Below, one piece after another: positions 48,401-62,016 of a DNA stretch of 62,667 bases. A program made the translations under genes and the position numbers. The notes under the pieces were generated by a model. It saw only the letters and a program-made list of their open reading frames with translations. It ran no database searches and was not told the origin of the DNA. The DNA is from Perkinsus chesapeaki ATCC PRA-425. Lineage: Eukaryota > Protista > Perkinsozoa. The DNA lies in NCBI GenBank assembly GCA_013115145.1, contig JAAPAO010000146.1:1-62667 (forward strand), given 5' to 3'. The number at the start of each line of letters is the position of its first letter. Within the stretch, counting starts at the first letter, position 1.

Positions 48401-51400
48401 CGCACCTGTATATGGAAGACCACCCCGCTCTCTTTATCCTGTAATCGGCCCAGTGCCCTCCTGCTAAGCTCTTCGTTGGGGACATCAAGAACCTGGATTC
48501 ATTACCATTCTCACCCGGGACTAATTCTAGCAGCGAGAGAGCCCACAACTCGCAAGTCGAAACCGCAATCAGTCTTGGTATCTGAGCTACTCCCATACGC
48601 CCAAGTGCAGCCCGCGAATGAAAGAACTGAAGAACGTACATAGAGGATTCTGCTGCAGGCTCACACCTACCACGGTCAAGTATCGGGTCACCAAGGTCAA
48701 GGTGATCAGATGGGACCACACCAGCAAGCCGGCGAGACAACATTGCCAATTGGCATTCTGAGGGAATCAGGAATATTATTAATGGCCATTCCCACACAAG
48801 GGCTACCATCGTTCGGAAAGCCTACAATGACCCAACCTGGCCTCCCAGTCCCTGCACCACACTCCTAACAACAACACCAGGAATACTGACGACTGCGATC
48901 ACGGAGATACTCCACTATATGCTTTACTGTGCCTTACCTCTTCAACAGAGCCTCCACCGAGCTGCTGATCCAGTTTAGCTACAATCATAGCGATGTATGT
49001 GTCATCACTGATGGCCCCTAATGGTGAACCCAATTTGCAGCTCCTTACCTACGCTAACCTACCTCCCCCGGCCAGCTCCTCCAGTGCCTTCTGTCCACAC
49101 CCCCTCAATGCCGTTGGTGAAGCATCCCCAACCTTGTTAGCCAATGCCATGCACTCTGATACCACAGCGTCCATATCGATGATGGTTACTCCCGGGTATC
49201 TGATCAGGAGGAGACGATACCTTACAAAGCACAATGCACCAAACCTCTCCTTTAGCCCACTCAACAGGGTCTTTTTGCCAGCCAAATACTTGCCACTAAG
49301 GAGGAGTCGGAAGCCAGATGTCGGCGTGGACTGAAGACCCGCGTTATTTCCAACAGTGCAGACTTTTAGGCTCACCTTTGCGTTCTCTCTCCTGAGCTTG
49401 GCTGGTCTGGCAACCTTGCACACGTACTCCACAATCTCAGATACCCATGGATTAGTGTAGCAACCGATACCCTCTTCATCAATGGAGTTGGACAATACCG
49501 CATTCAGCGAGGTATCACCATCAGTAACCTCTCCGAAGCGCTCCACTAGCATACCCTTCGCACCCTAATTCGATTCACCCTGTTCCATGCCGCACACCTC
49601 TTCACACCTCAATCACAGCGGCTTCATCCTCTTCTGGCATTGTCCACTCCCCGCTAGCTTGCAAGTACTCCTCCACTTCCACACGGTCGATGAGATCATC
49701 ACAGTCCTCCGTCTCCCTACCCCAAGCCTAGCCCTCAACAATAAGCCTGTTGCCCTAATCCAAAGCACTAACCTTCATCCTATCCGAGGCTGCAACCAAC
49801 ACCTCTCCATGCTCCTTCAGTTGCCGAAACTTGAAGGGATCTGCCTCCCCGATCTCTGGGGGTTTCACTATCGAACCCAATGGCATGAAAGAGCCCTAAC
49901 AGTGTCCGGTATCCCAGAGTCATCAACAGACGGCCACCCAATCATCGCTGCGCCTTTCCTCCAGACAGAGCCCCTCCACGAATGCAAGCTGCCATCCCTT
50001 CCACGTTTCATCCTCTACTAGCGGTTCTCTACTATCAGTGATACCTAAACGGCCACTAATACCCCAACATCGATTAGGGCCGCCTTACGCCGATGGTCGA
50101 CAGCGCAGCACGCCAGACACAGCATTTGCTCCAGCAGCCTCTCTGCTACATCACACGCATCATTATTCCTGGCAGCTCGAGACTGCCGATGTAGTATACG
50201 ATACTGCTTTTTATGCTCCTAAAGGGGCCGATGCCCACGGAGGGGGGAAGCCATGTTGCACCGAGATCCCTTTTACACATACGTAGCCTCACAAAGCTGT
50301 CAGCTGGCTTGCGGATATTTTTGCCTTCCTTTGGAGATGTTGAAATTCATTCGCGAACCCAAACGGGTGCAAATCTGCTTCCAATTAGTTACAGGATTTC
50401 CAAGGCCATCCTTATAAATATCATGCACATTGGCCCAGCAATATCATCCAAAACCCCCCAATCGCCCCCACCTCTATCCCAAGCTTAAGCCTCCTCAAAG
50501 CTTCCACTGCCATCGCCTCCTCCCTCCTCTGCAGCACCTCTTCGCGCTCATTTTCATGTAGGTCGATCCTAGCCCGACGGAGCGATGCATTGTCGACTAC
50601 ATAATGCTCATAAGCTGCCATCTTATCAAAGACCTGTCAACAGTACTATGGAACATGACGCCCTTCCAAACACCTCACCGTCTTTTCGAGCCTTTCCTCA
50701 GCCTCGCAGTTCCGATTCACAGCGCACTCCTCCATGCGACGGCGCCAATGGGCAGTCATACGGTCGGCTTCATCCTCTCCTATCTAACCACACAACCTTG
50801 CCCATTTATCCTCCACAAGCATCGCCTACTGCCACTATAATGCGTCGCCTCCATTTGTCACTTCTTTCACGGGCAGCGTTCCCCGCCACTTTGCTGTTCC
50901 TCATCTCGTCCACGAACTTCTCCCCAGCTGCCGAGCTGCCTACATACTTCAGCCTCGCCCGCCATCAACACCTCGACCCTACCAACTCCACTTTCCTCTC
51001 GCAGTCTGTCAGCTCTCCGCGCCAATTGTCGAACAAACTCTGCGGCTGTGGCAGGCCTTGTGGCATCCTCGCTGATATCGCGTTCCTTCCCTCCCACCCC
51101 CGCCACGAGTCCCTATACTGCTCCAATGCAGCTGGCGAAGAGCCCTATGCCCGAGGAGCTCACCCTTGTTCCAGGCGCTGCAACAAGGTTGTCCTCGAAC
51201 TCCTGGATACCCTCAGACACTTCACGAGCGGCACTCATTCTCTCCTTCAGAGCAGAATTCCTCGCTGCCGTTAATCGGGACTATGAGCCAGAGGAAATCG
51301 CAGTGTGCAGAGATATGCGTAATAGTGCAGAATTTACCTTTATGTACTTAGAATCATCCTGCTCTCTACGCTGCCTTCCTCGCAAGCTGTCCTGCCATCG

Positions 51401-51842
51401 TTCCTTGTGGGACTCTTCCCATTTCACACTCTAAAAGCACAGCAAAGTGCACTATCGTCTCCATTAAAAGGACAGTGAGTTATTGCTAGCCACTTTCCAC
51501 GTATGAAGCTATCCACAGCATAACCCGATAGTCCCCAAGCCTTTACAGAGACCAATGTCACCGAATAATCGACGCCGGCCCTATACAGAAGCCGTGGCTT
51601 ACTCTGTCCTTTTTTCCCCTTTCATGTCCCAATAGCATTTCACGGTTCACGAGCCGCTGTAACTCCGCCTCCTCTTCCTCCATCCTATCAAAGACAGCAG
51701 CTGCCCCACTGCAAGCAGCAGCAGTCTGTTCATTATTGTACATGTCGAGCTCCCTAGCGCGCCTCTCAAGGTCCCACCGATGCTGCTCGAACTTTTGCAG
51801 CTTCCGAGCCAAAAGGCGCGCAGCCTGCGTCGATTGCGACAT
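45406..51842 (-). CDS. SPEF2: Large SPEF2/CPC1-like axonemal central-pair protein (boundaries approximate; may be more than one gene)
   Basis: Adenylate-kinase-like LLLSGKYLAGKKT and GWVIVGFP; FNAFTDEYSDMCRENEETKDELHLRV|DELCQKL; KGGKKGK-PEP low-complexity segment; coiled coils. Confidence 0.55.
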
Positions 51843-51931
51843 TACACTGCTACTATGATCTGGGAACGTTCCCAGCTTAATTGACAGCACAACAGATTGA
51901 AAATGAAAAATAGACACCGACTCGCCGAGTC

Positions 51932-54780
51932 TCAATCGGACTTGATATTCCTGTATATCGCGAAAACGAACTTGCACGCACCCAAGTACCCCACAGTGCC
52001 GCAAAACAACGTCATACCCAGGCAGATGAATGTGGAGGTGCAAACGTAATAGAGCCATTGAGATATTCCCGACATGTGGGTCGAATGATGGTAATAGTAT
52101 ATTGAGTAAAGAGCAATGTAGATGCCAATACTGGAACTGCACAGGAAGCTCATCCACTGCCAACGGTAGTCCTCGCTGTTGAGTAGGAGATATACGCACG
52201 TTATCGAAACGCATATCAACACCAATGTAAGCAAGCCGAAGATGGCCAACATAAATCCATAAACGTAGTAGATCTTATTATAGGACCACAGGCTCGAGAA
52301 CACAAAGTACATCTCGATGAAGACGCACCCAAATGGTACTAGACCTGACGAATGTAACAATCACACTACAGACGACTTGGATGATACTCACCAGCGCCGA
52401 GGATGAGGCCGGGGACGAAGAAGCGATGCTTGAGAGGTATTGGCCGCTTTAAGTGATGGACTCTACAAGGGAAGCTGCGGTCCGCTGCAGATCGTCTGCC
52501 CCATAGTGTCCCGATAACATGTAGAGGTACGCACACCTACACAAACAGGTGGGGCAAAGGAGGCCCGGGGAAGCCCTTACCGCTAGGAAGGCCAATAAAA
52601 GGATGACGATAGTCTTGAAGGGTATGGCGTAGGTTAGGCCTTTAATCCATGCTGTTGTATTAACAATCATAAACATCAGGCAGAGCACAGCTGGTAGGAA
52701 GAATACTTGATAAATCATCGCCTTCTTCCAAGTCTTACCACCAAACTGACGGTATCTAATAATAAAGAAGGTTCACAGCACTTACTCCAATGATAACAAG
52801 TAAAAAATACAGAGCTAATGAGCCTCCACTAACTTACAGGCGTCCACCGGCATACCCAGCAAGTATCGTAGTGATAACGTACATGAACACTGCCGATGCC
52901 CTTGTTGTACCTCGCTCTCTATAATACCTACACAACAACGATACCACTACACACGAAAAGGTACATATGCCTACGTATTGGTTATGGCCAGTATAAGCAC
53001 ACCAGCTATAGTAGCCGCAATATGGACACCAGTACTAACCAACACAGAGAGCTGCATTAGATAAGGAGGTCGACGGAACACGTCCCCATGTATTTGCTTC
53101 CAGCCAGAATCGTCACCTGTCCAAACTACCACAGGTGGGTAACTCAATTCCCTACCGGCTCTATCAAAGTTCTCGAGCTCCTCTTGTTCGGTCATAGTGT
53201 ACTTTGTGAAATCCTTACGCAGAGTCTTCATAAGAATAATACTCACAACAGCGATCAGGAAAATACAAAGCATGAACGAATTCACAATCGAGAACCAGTG
53301 TACCTATCAAACCCGTAGCAGTCAGCTGTCGAACGTCCTCCCCGTCACTTTGTGTTCAAAAAAGTTGGTCTCGAGATACTTGTCGAATCTCGATGCATAT
53401 GGCTTGTCGGTATTCTCCCACTCGACAGAATACGTAAACTGTAGCAAAGTGCCTTCAACCACTGGCATTGGGTTACCAGGTATCATATCAACACTGATAA
53501 CCTACAAAGACAAGGAGGCTATCAAGGGGAAAAACAAAGGGCGGTAACAAAGCTGGATTATGAACGAAAAAATCTTCAGTGAGGACGGCTTATATATAAC
53601 GACAGTATAGCTGCTAGTGCCGCAGGCAGCAGGATTCAACTGGCGGGGACTAGGAAGATCTGCTTAGTAGTAGCATTACCAACGATCACTATAAAACACA
53701 TTTGCCGACAGCAACGAAAGGAAGAGTCAATTGATAGTCAGGATTGCACTAACCTGTCCATCGTTCTTTTTGAGGTGGAAATCTCGATGAGTGTAAATAA
53801 CCTCTGGGCGATGACTGCCTGGAATACGACAATCATCATACAGCACTTCACAGGCACCTTCTGTTTAACAGCATCACCTCCACTGCCTTCTATTAAAGCT
53901 TCTGCTCCACTGCCTGGTTGACCAAGGAATGCCCATATTGGTAGGTCATCGATGTACATCTCATACCTGCAGCCACAATATCCTGTCTACCTACTTTTAC
54001 CGTACACATGTCGACAACAGCTCACCACAGTAACGTGAGCACCGAATGGAGTGACACCAAAGCGATGAATGATATTATCAAATCGTGTATCACTCAGCAT
54101 CATCCGCCACTAAGATTCTTACATGTACAAATGCACCCACAAATGTATATGTACAAATCCCTGGTGATAATATAAGGCAAAGAACGTATTACCAAACTGT
54201 ATAATAAGCTGCCTTATAGGCACATTCAGTCAACAATTTCACTTGACCGTGGTAAGAGAATAATGATGAGCACCGAAGAGGCCCTTCTTACCCTACCGAT
54301 AGTTATCACTAATAGCTCTACTTAAAGCTGCTGCCTTCTCCCTCGTTAACACCATATTACACGTTGGTGTCTCCAATACGTTCCCTACCATTCACACTAC
54401 ACAGAGCCAAACTCCCACCCGGAGCACCCTACTTCCAAATTTAATCTCCAAAAATTGGTTCTCCATGAAGTCATGTCCCTCCAGTTCTTCCCCTATGCTC
54501 AAGTCACCCTTATTCCCACCCTTGTCCGCCTCCACCTCGCACAACCCCAGCTTAGTATACGGATATGTCTCGTGGGGATTATTATACGGTCCGACTGAAA
54601 CAGCAGCCTACCATAGCCCCCCTTGAAGCCCTATAGCCCCTCCCCACTACCCTTATCCATCCATACTATCACCTCTGCTCCATCAGTATACTCAGTCTCC
54701 TCTCCCAAGCTCATGACCGCTGTCATGGCTAGTAGCAGCCATACCAGGCTCACAGAGCAGTGGAGTCTTCTAGAGACCAT
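51932..54780 (-). CDS. Transmembrane 9 superfamily / endomembrane protein 70 (TM9SF1/3-like)
   Basis: Signal peptide; VGPYNNPHETYPY, YEMYIDDLPIW, IHWFSIVNS, GWKQIHGDVFR, GLVPFGCVFIEMYF, EDYRWQW, IYRNIKSD*. Confidence 0.93.
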
Positions 54781-54859
54781 AACGAGGATCAAAGTCTGTC
54801 TGGCATCCACCAGTCACCCTTTCCCTAATTAAACACTCCAACACAAATCCTTTACCCTA

Positions 54860-56208
54860 GTGTACATCTAAGCAAACGGTCAAAGCCGGCAGCAGCAAGT
54901 GAGCCATGAGTTACACATCCACAGGACCACCATTCGTGGTGAGTTCGGCGTAGTTGGCATAAGCCTCAATAGCCCAGCAGCTGTCTAAAGCAACTGCCGG
55001 CGCCTATACGGTCTCATTATCTTTTTGGTGCTGCCAATCAAGCTTGGTAATGACCTAAGACGAACAACACCTACTCCTCAGCTTAAGTGGTTATCGTACC
55101 CATTGCTCGCCTCACCACAGTCCCCAATCCCCAAAGCATCCTGCAACGCTTCCCGTCCCCTCCTTATCTGTTGCCTCGATCGTCGCTGGATATACATACT
55201 ACGGAGGCAGCCGTAGGCACCACAAGGCTTACATGCCGGTGCCTTCCTTCCAAGGAGGCCATCTCCATACAGTCCGTCATGCCTTTGCTCTTCCTCACAC
55301 TCTTACGCTTCAAACGGGTATCATTAAACACCATCGAGCCCAACTACGAATCGGCTCAAGATAGGATATCCACATCGTCCTCCTACCTGCCGCAACTGCA
55401 AGTCCAAAGCCTCTCTCAGACAGCTCAGTTGAGGGTCATCCACTAGGCCTACTACATCACTGGGGGCCTCAAAGAAGGTTGCTGAATGCGCTAGATCCTC
55501 CTGCCGCTGAGCTATGCGACGAAGCAATCGGTGCCCTTCCACAAACCGCCGAAAAAGCAGCCTGATTTAGCAATGAACACGAACCGACAGCTAGCCTACC
55601 CATCATCCGTAGCCAAGTCCCATGTGCCTTCCATGCCTTCTTCCTTTTCAGCTGGCTGGAGCCCTTTAGGTGACCAACTATAATTCTCGTAGTCGGTAGT
55701 GCCCAACATATCATCCATCTTACTAACATCCTGTACTCGCCTCCTAACACCATATCAACCATCTCGTCACCACAGCTCATCTCCACACATTTCACACACA
55801 AGTATATGAAGCTATCCCAGCAGAGCCTTTGTACACCCCCCATCCTCCGTACCGATTCTCCTGTATGACCCTCGCTATCTTGGCAGGCGTGCCCCTATAC
55901 GCCAACTTCTGATGCCTTAGCACCTGCAGCCCATCCCCTACACACTACCAAACATGCCCCACTATAACCTCCAGAATCTCCTCCCCCACTATGCTGCCTA
56001 TATCCGTCTGTAAATCTTCCAATCGTTGAGCTCTCTCCAAAGCATCCTGGTATAGTCTGCGGAATACTGCCCTAGTAACCTTGTTATCCTCTAAAGCCTC
56101 CTTCGCATACGAGCTCTGCGTAAGGGACCGTTTAAAGCATCTTTGAGCAGCAGCAGCAGCTCGAAGGCCTCCTGAGATTATCAAAAGTGCCGCTAGTATG
56201 CAAACCAA
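54860..56208 (-). CDS. Hypothetical protein (structure uncertain)
   Basis: Open segments such as AQRCFKRSLTQSSYAKEALEDNKVTRAVFRRLYQDALERAQRLEDLQ. Confidence 0.35.
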
Positions 56209-56289
56209 TTACTCTAATCAATGTATATATCTTTATATTGTTTATTACTAATTATATATAATAAATATATACCCCTTCAGTTAGCACAT

Positions 56290-58100
56290 ACACCGTACAA
56301 TAGTCATGATAGGTGGTCGGAGGCAGCACCGGAAAATCATGGAGAGGCCTCCCTCGAGCCATCCAGGGTGCCGCAACCTCCTTGTCAAACATCCTTCCCA
56401 GAGATTTGTATGAAGTAAAACCAATGCCGTGAAAGGTAAATCTATCGGCTCTCTAACCTTATTTCACAGTCTCGCACCTCATGCCGCCGACCACAAAGCC
56501 TCGAGTATTTATTACCACTATAACCCATAGGGCTCCCTCCTCCTCCTGTATGCCCCCATCCATGACCCTCTGCTGTCAGCCTGGTAACATAACCATTATA
56601 TCGGCAGCCGGTCTAAGCATACCCTACCTCATCGCGGCGGCATCCAAGGCGCTTGCTCCAAGAGCATCCTCAAGCTCCAAGATACGCCGTCTTAAAAGCT
56701 GCATCTACACCCCAGCCACGCCCTACCACCAAGCTACCACGAAGCAGCTCACCTCCTCCACACTGAAGCCCGCTATAGTCCCTCCACCATCCCTATCCAG
56801 TGGCCCTGGCGTCAAACAGTATTCCTTACCAAGATGCCCCACACCACCATCCCTCCCACGTAAGGAGTTTATCAGACTCGTGCTAACCTGTACAGGCCCA
56901 CTCACCACAGACCGCTGGAGACAACTCACATCCGTCTGTGTGGCTGCCGTCCTAGCAGCTCTGCTCCCCAACTTAGCCTTCTCCTAAGGCCGCATACAAG
57001 GGCAAGGGATTTCCCAGCTACTCGCATATCCTCCAATTCACCCTGGATTTCAATCAACGATGCCCTGGCGTTTGAGGCCTCCAAGCGCGCTGCAGCGACA
57101 TCAGCTTCGAGCTTGGATATTCTTTTATGGTCATCCTAATCCGCCCATCTACAATATGAAGTGCACCACCACAGCAGCAGCTTACATTCCTCCTGGTCAA
57201 TTTAGCAAGAACACCTTTAACTCTGTCATCAATAACTAGCTTGATAGTCTCCTTTACTCTATCACTCAAACCATTAGTTGCATCTGTCAAGCCAGCATCA
57301 TCCCTCCACTCCCACCAGTGCTCTATCCCTCCACTCGATTCTCAAGAGACTAACGCTTCAAGTTCGCCGTCCAGACACTAACAGCCCGCGCGAAGGGAAC
57401 TTGGAGAAGTGAGGCAAAACAGGAATAGACTACGTGGTAATTCCTGTTCAAAGACACGCTCATTAGTTCAGGCAGTACTTTGTCTATATCCACTCCATGA
57501 AGCCAATGATCCCTTACCAAAGAATATCGCATCTTCCGCCATTCCTCCCTCCGGTGTGTCATGAGCCTTCTCTAATGCCGCTATAACATCATCATCCAAA
57601 GCTCTATTTTGTTCCCGAAGGAAAGTGACCTCCTACACACCACCCACTGGTAACGCCCTCCAATGGTCATTTCGCCCTCTTTAAATATTTTAAACACACC
57701 TTCATATAGTTCATCCGTTGAACCTCTATTTTTTCATTGAGCTCTCGCATGGTTTGGCGGGCATGATACAACTCCTGCTCATCTTGTTGGAACTGCGCCT
57801 AAGACCCTTATTAATATTTTCTATTCTATCAATAAAGTGGTTGTGGATAGGACCACCCCTCAGAAGTACATAAACTCACCCAACAAGCCTGAAGCAATTG
57901 AGATTCCAATTCTGTCAAAACTGCTCGGATACGCGTTATCTGAGGAGACCACTACATCGCCAATGATGTTGCTGTGGGTAACCATTGCCCTATACTCGAG
58001 ATTGATACAACGTACTAACCTATTAACACCCTGGATACTTGGAGCAGCCAAATAAAAACATACTGCGAGATTCGTTATACAAAAAGGCACCACCACCCAA
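56290..58100 (-). CDS. Hypothetical protein(s), multi-exon (structure uncertain)
   Basis: Series of GT-AG-bounded open segments, e.g. RRILELEDALGASALDAAAMR, FDKEVAAPWMARGRPLHDFPVLPP. Confidence 0.35.
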
Positions 58101-58198
58101 CCATATCCTTACCATATCAGACGATTTCCCTTCGTCACAAGGATCACTCAACTCCGTCTTACCAGAGTTATCCTAACCAATCATGCTTCAGCTCAGCC

Positions 58199-58450
58199 TT
58201 ATACCAGCTGCATCACCTTTATTATCCTAAGTGCTTGGAACTGGGCCACTGACACAGCCTGAGTAACCGCCTCTCCCCCCCGCATAGACTTCATAAATGC
58301 ATCCCGCGCGTCATTCTCCTCATCCTGCCAGAGGACGCCTCCTGTACGGCTAGTGGGCTGCGACCTTACCCGGCGAGCCTGTGATAAGGTTGATCCATGC
58401 ACTGAATGCCTTCGATGGATAGCCTTTATCTTATTCCACTGGCTCGCTGC
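58199..58450 (-). CDS. Small hypothetical protein
   Basis: ORF MAASQWNKIKAIHRRHSVHG...; no family recognised. Confidence 0.35.
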   Translation of the reverse strand, partial: AASQWNKIKAIHRRHSVHGSTLSQARRVRSQPTSRTGGVLWQDEENDARDAFMKSMRGGEAVTQAVSVAQFQALRIIKVMQLV

Positions 58451-58564
58451 CATTTTCAAACAGCAACAACTGACCTTGATAAATTAACCCTCCTCAGAGC
58501 CCAACTCAAGCCCTGGTTTATGGTAAACGTTATTTGGCGGCGGCTCTATCAATCTACATAAGGG

Positions 58565-59106
58565 TTATACCTCATCATCCTGCAATAGCATATTTGGAAT
58601 GCCCTTCGTAATAGGGTACACCCTGTCGCACTTAGGGCACTTTAGATCAGCTTCCAGTATATGATAGTCCACAATGACATCATGGACGGCCTAAGAATGC
58701 ACCATTACACCGTAATTTACCCCTCTCTTTTATGACCTTTAGGAAGTTCTCATCATCCTTATCAGCCTGGGTATACGAGGGAGGCAACGTTTGTGTTAAT
58801 CCCTGGCACTGCGGTATACTAGCAATTAACGCATCCCATTCGAGCTTATCCAACATGTGTCGAATGAAATCAGGATTGAACTCCGACTCTTCCACCTTAA
58901 ATGCCGGACGCTCCTAAACGGTATCCAAGCTCGAAGCGTGCATATTTAACCCACACTACCTGCTGTACAGTCTCCTCCTCCGAAGATTCATCAGAGTCCC
59001 TCATCCCCACATCCTCCTTAGCCTCCTTAGGGCAGATACGTAGAGGGTATCCACCAGAGCACTGCTTCCTATTACACATCATAAGGTTATGTGTGAGCAG
59101 CCGCAT
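58565..59106 (-). CDS. TRM112: Methyltransferase activator Trm112
   Basis: MRLLTHNLMMCN, EFNPDFIRHMLDKLEWDAL, ILEADLKCPKCDRVYPITKGIPNMLL. Confidence 0.95.
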
Positions 59107-59619
59107 GATAATTAAGGTACTAACCCAACTGATACACGGCACATTCGGGTGAGAATTAGTTAGGATCTATTAAACGAGACAATACTAATAAACGGCTAAT
59201 AAGGAGCTTCCCCTCGACCACAGCCCGACTCGAGAGAGTCCTACGAATCTATCCGCTGCTGAAATGCAAGTGCCGAGATGATGATGCCACACACATGTCC
59301 GGTCCGAGTTACTGATTCGATTACAATGGCGTGCGCTACTAACGTCGATTGGGACGCAGCAGAATAGAACGGGTACGACTACTCACTAAAATTCATACTT
59401 TCAGAGACTTCGATCCTCTTTTGGAATATCGTTGTTCCATTGCGGGCTAAATAAAATTCTAACGGACGTAATTTGGAGGAAAAGCCATAATAAAACTCTA
59501 ATAAATAGTGGAAGGTGTGGACTGTTAATGAGCTGCTGGGAAGATACTTCTATCATTCAGCCATTGGAACTGTCATTCTCGACCAAATGACATCCTTTTT
59601 CATAAAACCCTTCCAAACG

Positions 59620-60633
59620 ATGGACCTAAAAACACTGCTTAAGATTTCCCGCCCTGGGCTCTGGCTCGTCTATATTTGGCTGTACCTATGGCCAGCTGGG
59701 GGACATCCTGAGCTACTTTGGAGCTTTAAGTTCTGGTTGGGGCTACTTTACTGTATCTTTCCCCTCAACGTTATGGTGTACGGTATGAACGATATGGCCG
59801 ATTTAGACGTGGATGCTATAAACGATCGAAAGAACAATTACATGTATGGCGCAAAGGCCACTAAGCAGCAGCTCTCGGAAATACCAAGCATCATCATGCT
59901 CACCAATGGTTTGCCTATTATCATTATGGGGGCCACAACTGGCGACTGGGCCTTCTATCTCGGATGGTTGTTCTTGGCTTTTATGGTTAATGTTGCGTAT
60001 AATAAAAGGCCTCTGATCCTATCTAGACGAGGCCCTTGGGAACTACCTTGTATGGCCACTGGCAACTTCCTGGTCCCTATCCTTAGCTGCAAGCTGAACA
60101 GCCTCCCCTTACCCCCTCTAGGTGGGTCCTCTTAACGCCTTTCTCAAAGTAATTATACTCTTAGGTTCATGGCTATTTCATTTATGTATGCTTTGGAGGA
60201 CTCATATATGGTTTGAAATAATGGATATGTATGACGATGCCAAGACAGATAAAAAGACTGTTGCAGTTAAAGTTGGCCATAAATGGGCATGTGCTATGGT
60301 TATTGGATTGACATTAGCCGAGGCAGCGGTAATATGGGACGGATCGTTCACAGGCTTTCGTGCAGTAGTTTGCAAGCAGCCCTCAAGCGTTGGCAGCTCT
60401 CTCTTATTAATGCTTTTCAGGTGGGGTACTACATGCTGCATTGCGTCCCTCTATCTCTATTCTCGCTATCGGGTGTTGCTATATTCCTCAGTGTTGAAGT
60501 CCTACCAATCCCCGAATCTCTAGTACCCCAGGACAAGACCTCCAAAAAGATGATGAGCAATGTTCAGAGCCTTGGCGGCATTCTGCTCCTCTTCTATGTT
60601 TGGAGCACTGGTGTTTTCGTTAACAGTAACTGA
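59620..60633 (+). CDS. UbiA-superfamily membrane prenyltransferase
   Basis: SRP near the N-terminus, YGMNDMADLDVDAINDRK (NDxxDxxxD), IMDMYDDAKTDKKTVAVKVG, multiple TM segments. Confidence 0.85.
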
Positions 60634-60684
60634 GTTTCAGTACCACAGCATCACCATTGTTTAGTTCAGCCAGTTCCGCAACCA

Positions 60685-61988
60685 ATGGAGAGCAACTCAC
60701 TCAGAGCGATCCGACGTCACCTAGTAATTAGAGTTCATGGCCTCCACTACTGTCAAGTCGAATGATGGGGAAGGGCTGGTCCTAAGCCGCCCACTTAAGA
60801 CCAGCGTGAGCTATCGTGTGGAAGTTGAGCGCGCCTTGAAGCTGGCCAGAGTCCTTATAACCATCCCATCTTGTTTCGATCCCAGCGAGGTGGACGTTAA
60901 GGTTCCGAGGAGATAACCGGGCATTGCGGCCATTGATTTGAGCAGGTTAAGTTTAGTTCTGGCGTGCTAAGAATCTCCCTTTCGCCGTCCATAGAGGAGC
61001 TTGTTATCGACTTCGGACGGAATAGCATCTTATCAGCAGTCAAAGGCATCGTTATAAGCTCAGGCTCAATCACTTTGCCGTTGGCTTTTAATAAACTGGA
61101 GCTACCCGAATCTTGCCAAAGTACATGTCTTAACTACTTCGCATGCAAAAGTTTATTAGGTGCCCTCGTAGAGGACTGGTCTAAGCCCCCGCTGACCACT
61201 GCCATCTTGACCTGTGGGCGTTGCGGAGCTGAGCTGGTGGATGTTGGTAGCCTACAGGTTTGTGCAGTTCCTAGTGTAGTATGGCAAGTAAGTGATAGAG
61301 CTTTGAGATCTACTGTAGCCTTCCTTTGTAGCTCGGGTCAGAGATTAAGGCCTGTGAGGAATGTGGCCCTCTGCTTGTTGAGTGCCATAAGGATGACCAT
61401 TGCTCGGGAATGCGGAAGTCCGTAACCGAAACAGAGATATGGACTCGGCTTCAAGGTCGCCTCTTTGTCTCTGAAACTACTGTAATGTTGCACGAATCGC
61501 ATATGCTGCTATCAGCGTGCTCTTGTTGCGGCAAGTCCATTATCCCTTCCACTCGCGAAGCTGCGGCCTCTATAGGGCTCTGCGCCGATAGTCTAAGTGA
61601 TCTTGATGATGACGGTGGGGCGTACGTGGTCATTCCCAAGATTGACCTCGAGGAGCCCATCTGTGGGTATTCTAGGGCCTCTATAGCATCTCAGCTGCTG
61701 CCAGAGCCAATGATATGGTTCCTGTTAGATGTAGCTGATGAGAGCCTGGGTCCTATGGTGATCCTGTCGAAAGACCTAGTAGTGATGGACTGCCTAGGAA
61801 TGGCTACCAGAGCAGCTAAGATAATGCTCAAAGGCGATCGACCAAGAGATAAAGGGAAACTCATGAGAATAACCTTGGACCCAGCCGAGGCTGTGGCCCT
61901 GCGGGATGCCTGGTTGCAAAGCAAGACGCTGGTCCAGGGCGACACCTGGGTAGGGACCATTCCTGTTACACCAAAACTTGTAGATTAA
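60685..61988 (+). CDS. UBE3D/Ipa1-like (HECT_2) protein
   Basis: ILTCGRCGAELV...VPSVVWQ and later CSCCGKSI cysteine pairs. Confidence 0.55.
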
Positions 61989-62016
61989 CGTACCTTCTTT
62001 AACTGTCTGAGTTTCA

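Noticed and set aside
32447-61988. Functional cluster of 3'-end processing (WDR33, Ipa1-like) and RNA-modification genes (Cfr-like, TRM112)
   Set aside because: Genes are dispersed among unrelated housekeeping genes; co-occurrence is expected by chance
132-62000. Frequent in-frame stops and apparent frameshifts suggesting recoding or pseudogenes
   Set aside because: Resolved wherever checked by short GT-AG introns; no need to invoke a variant genetic code
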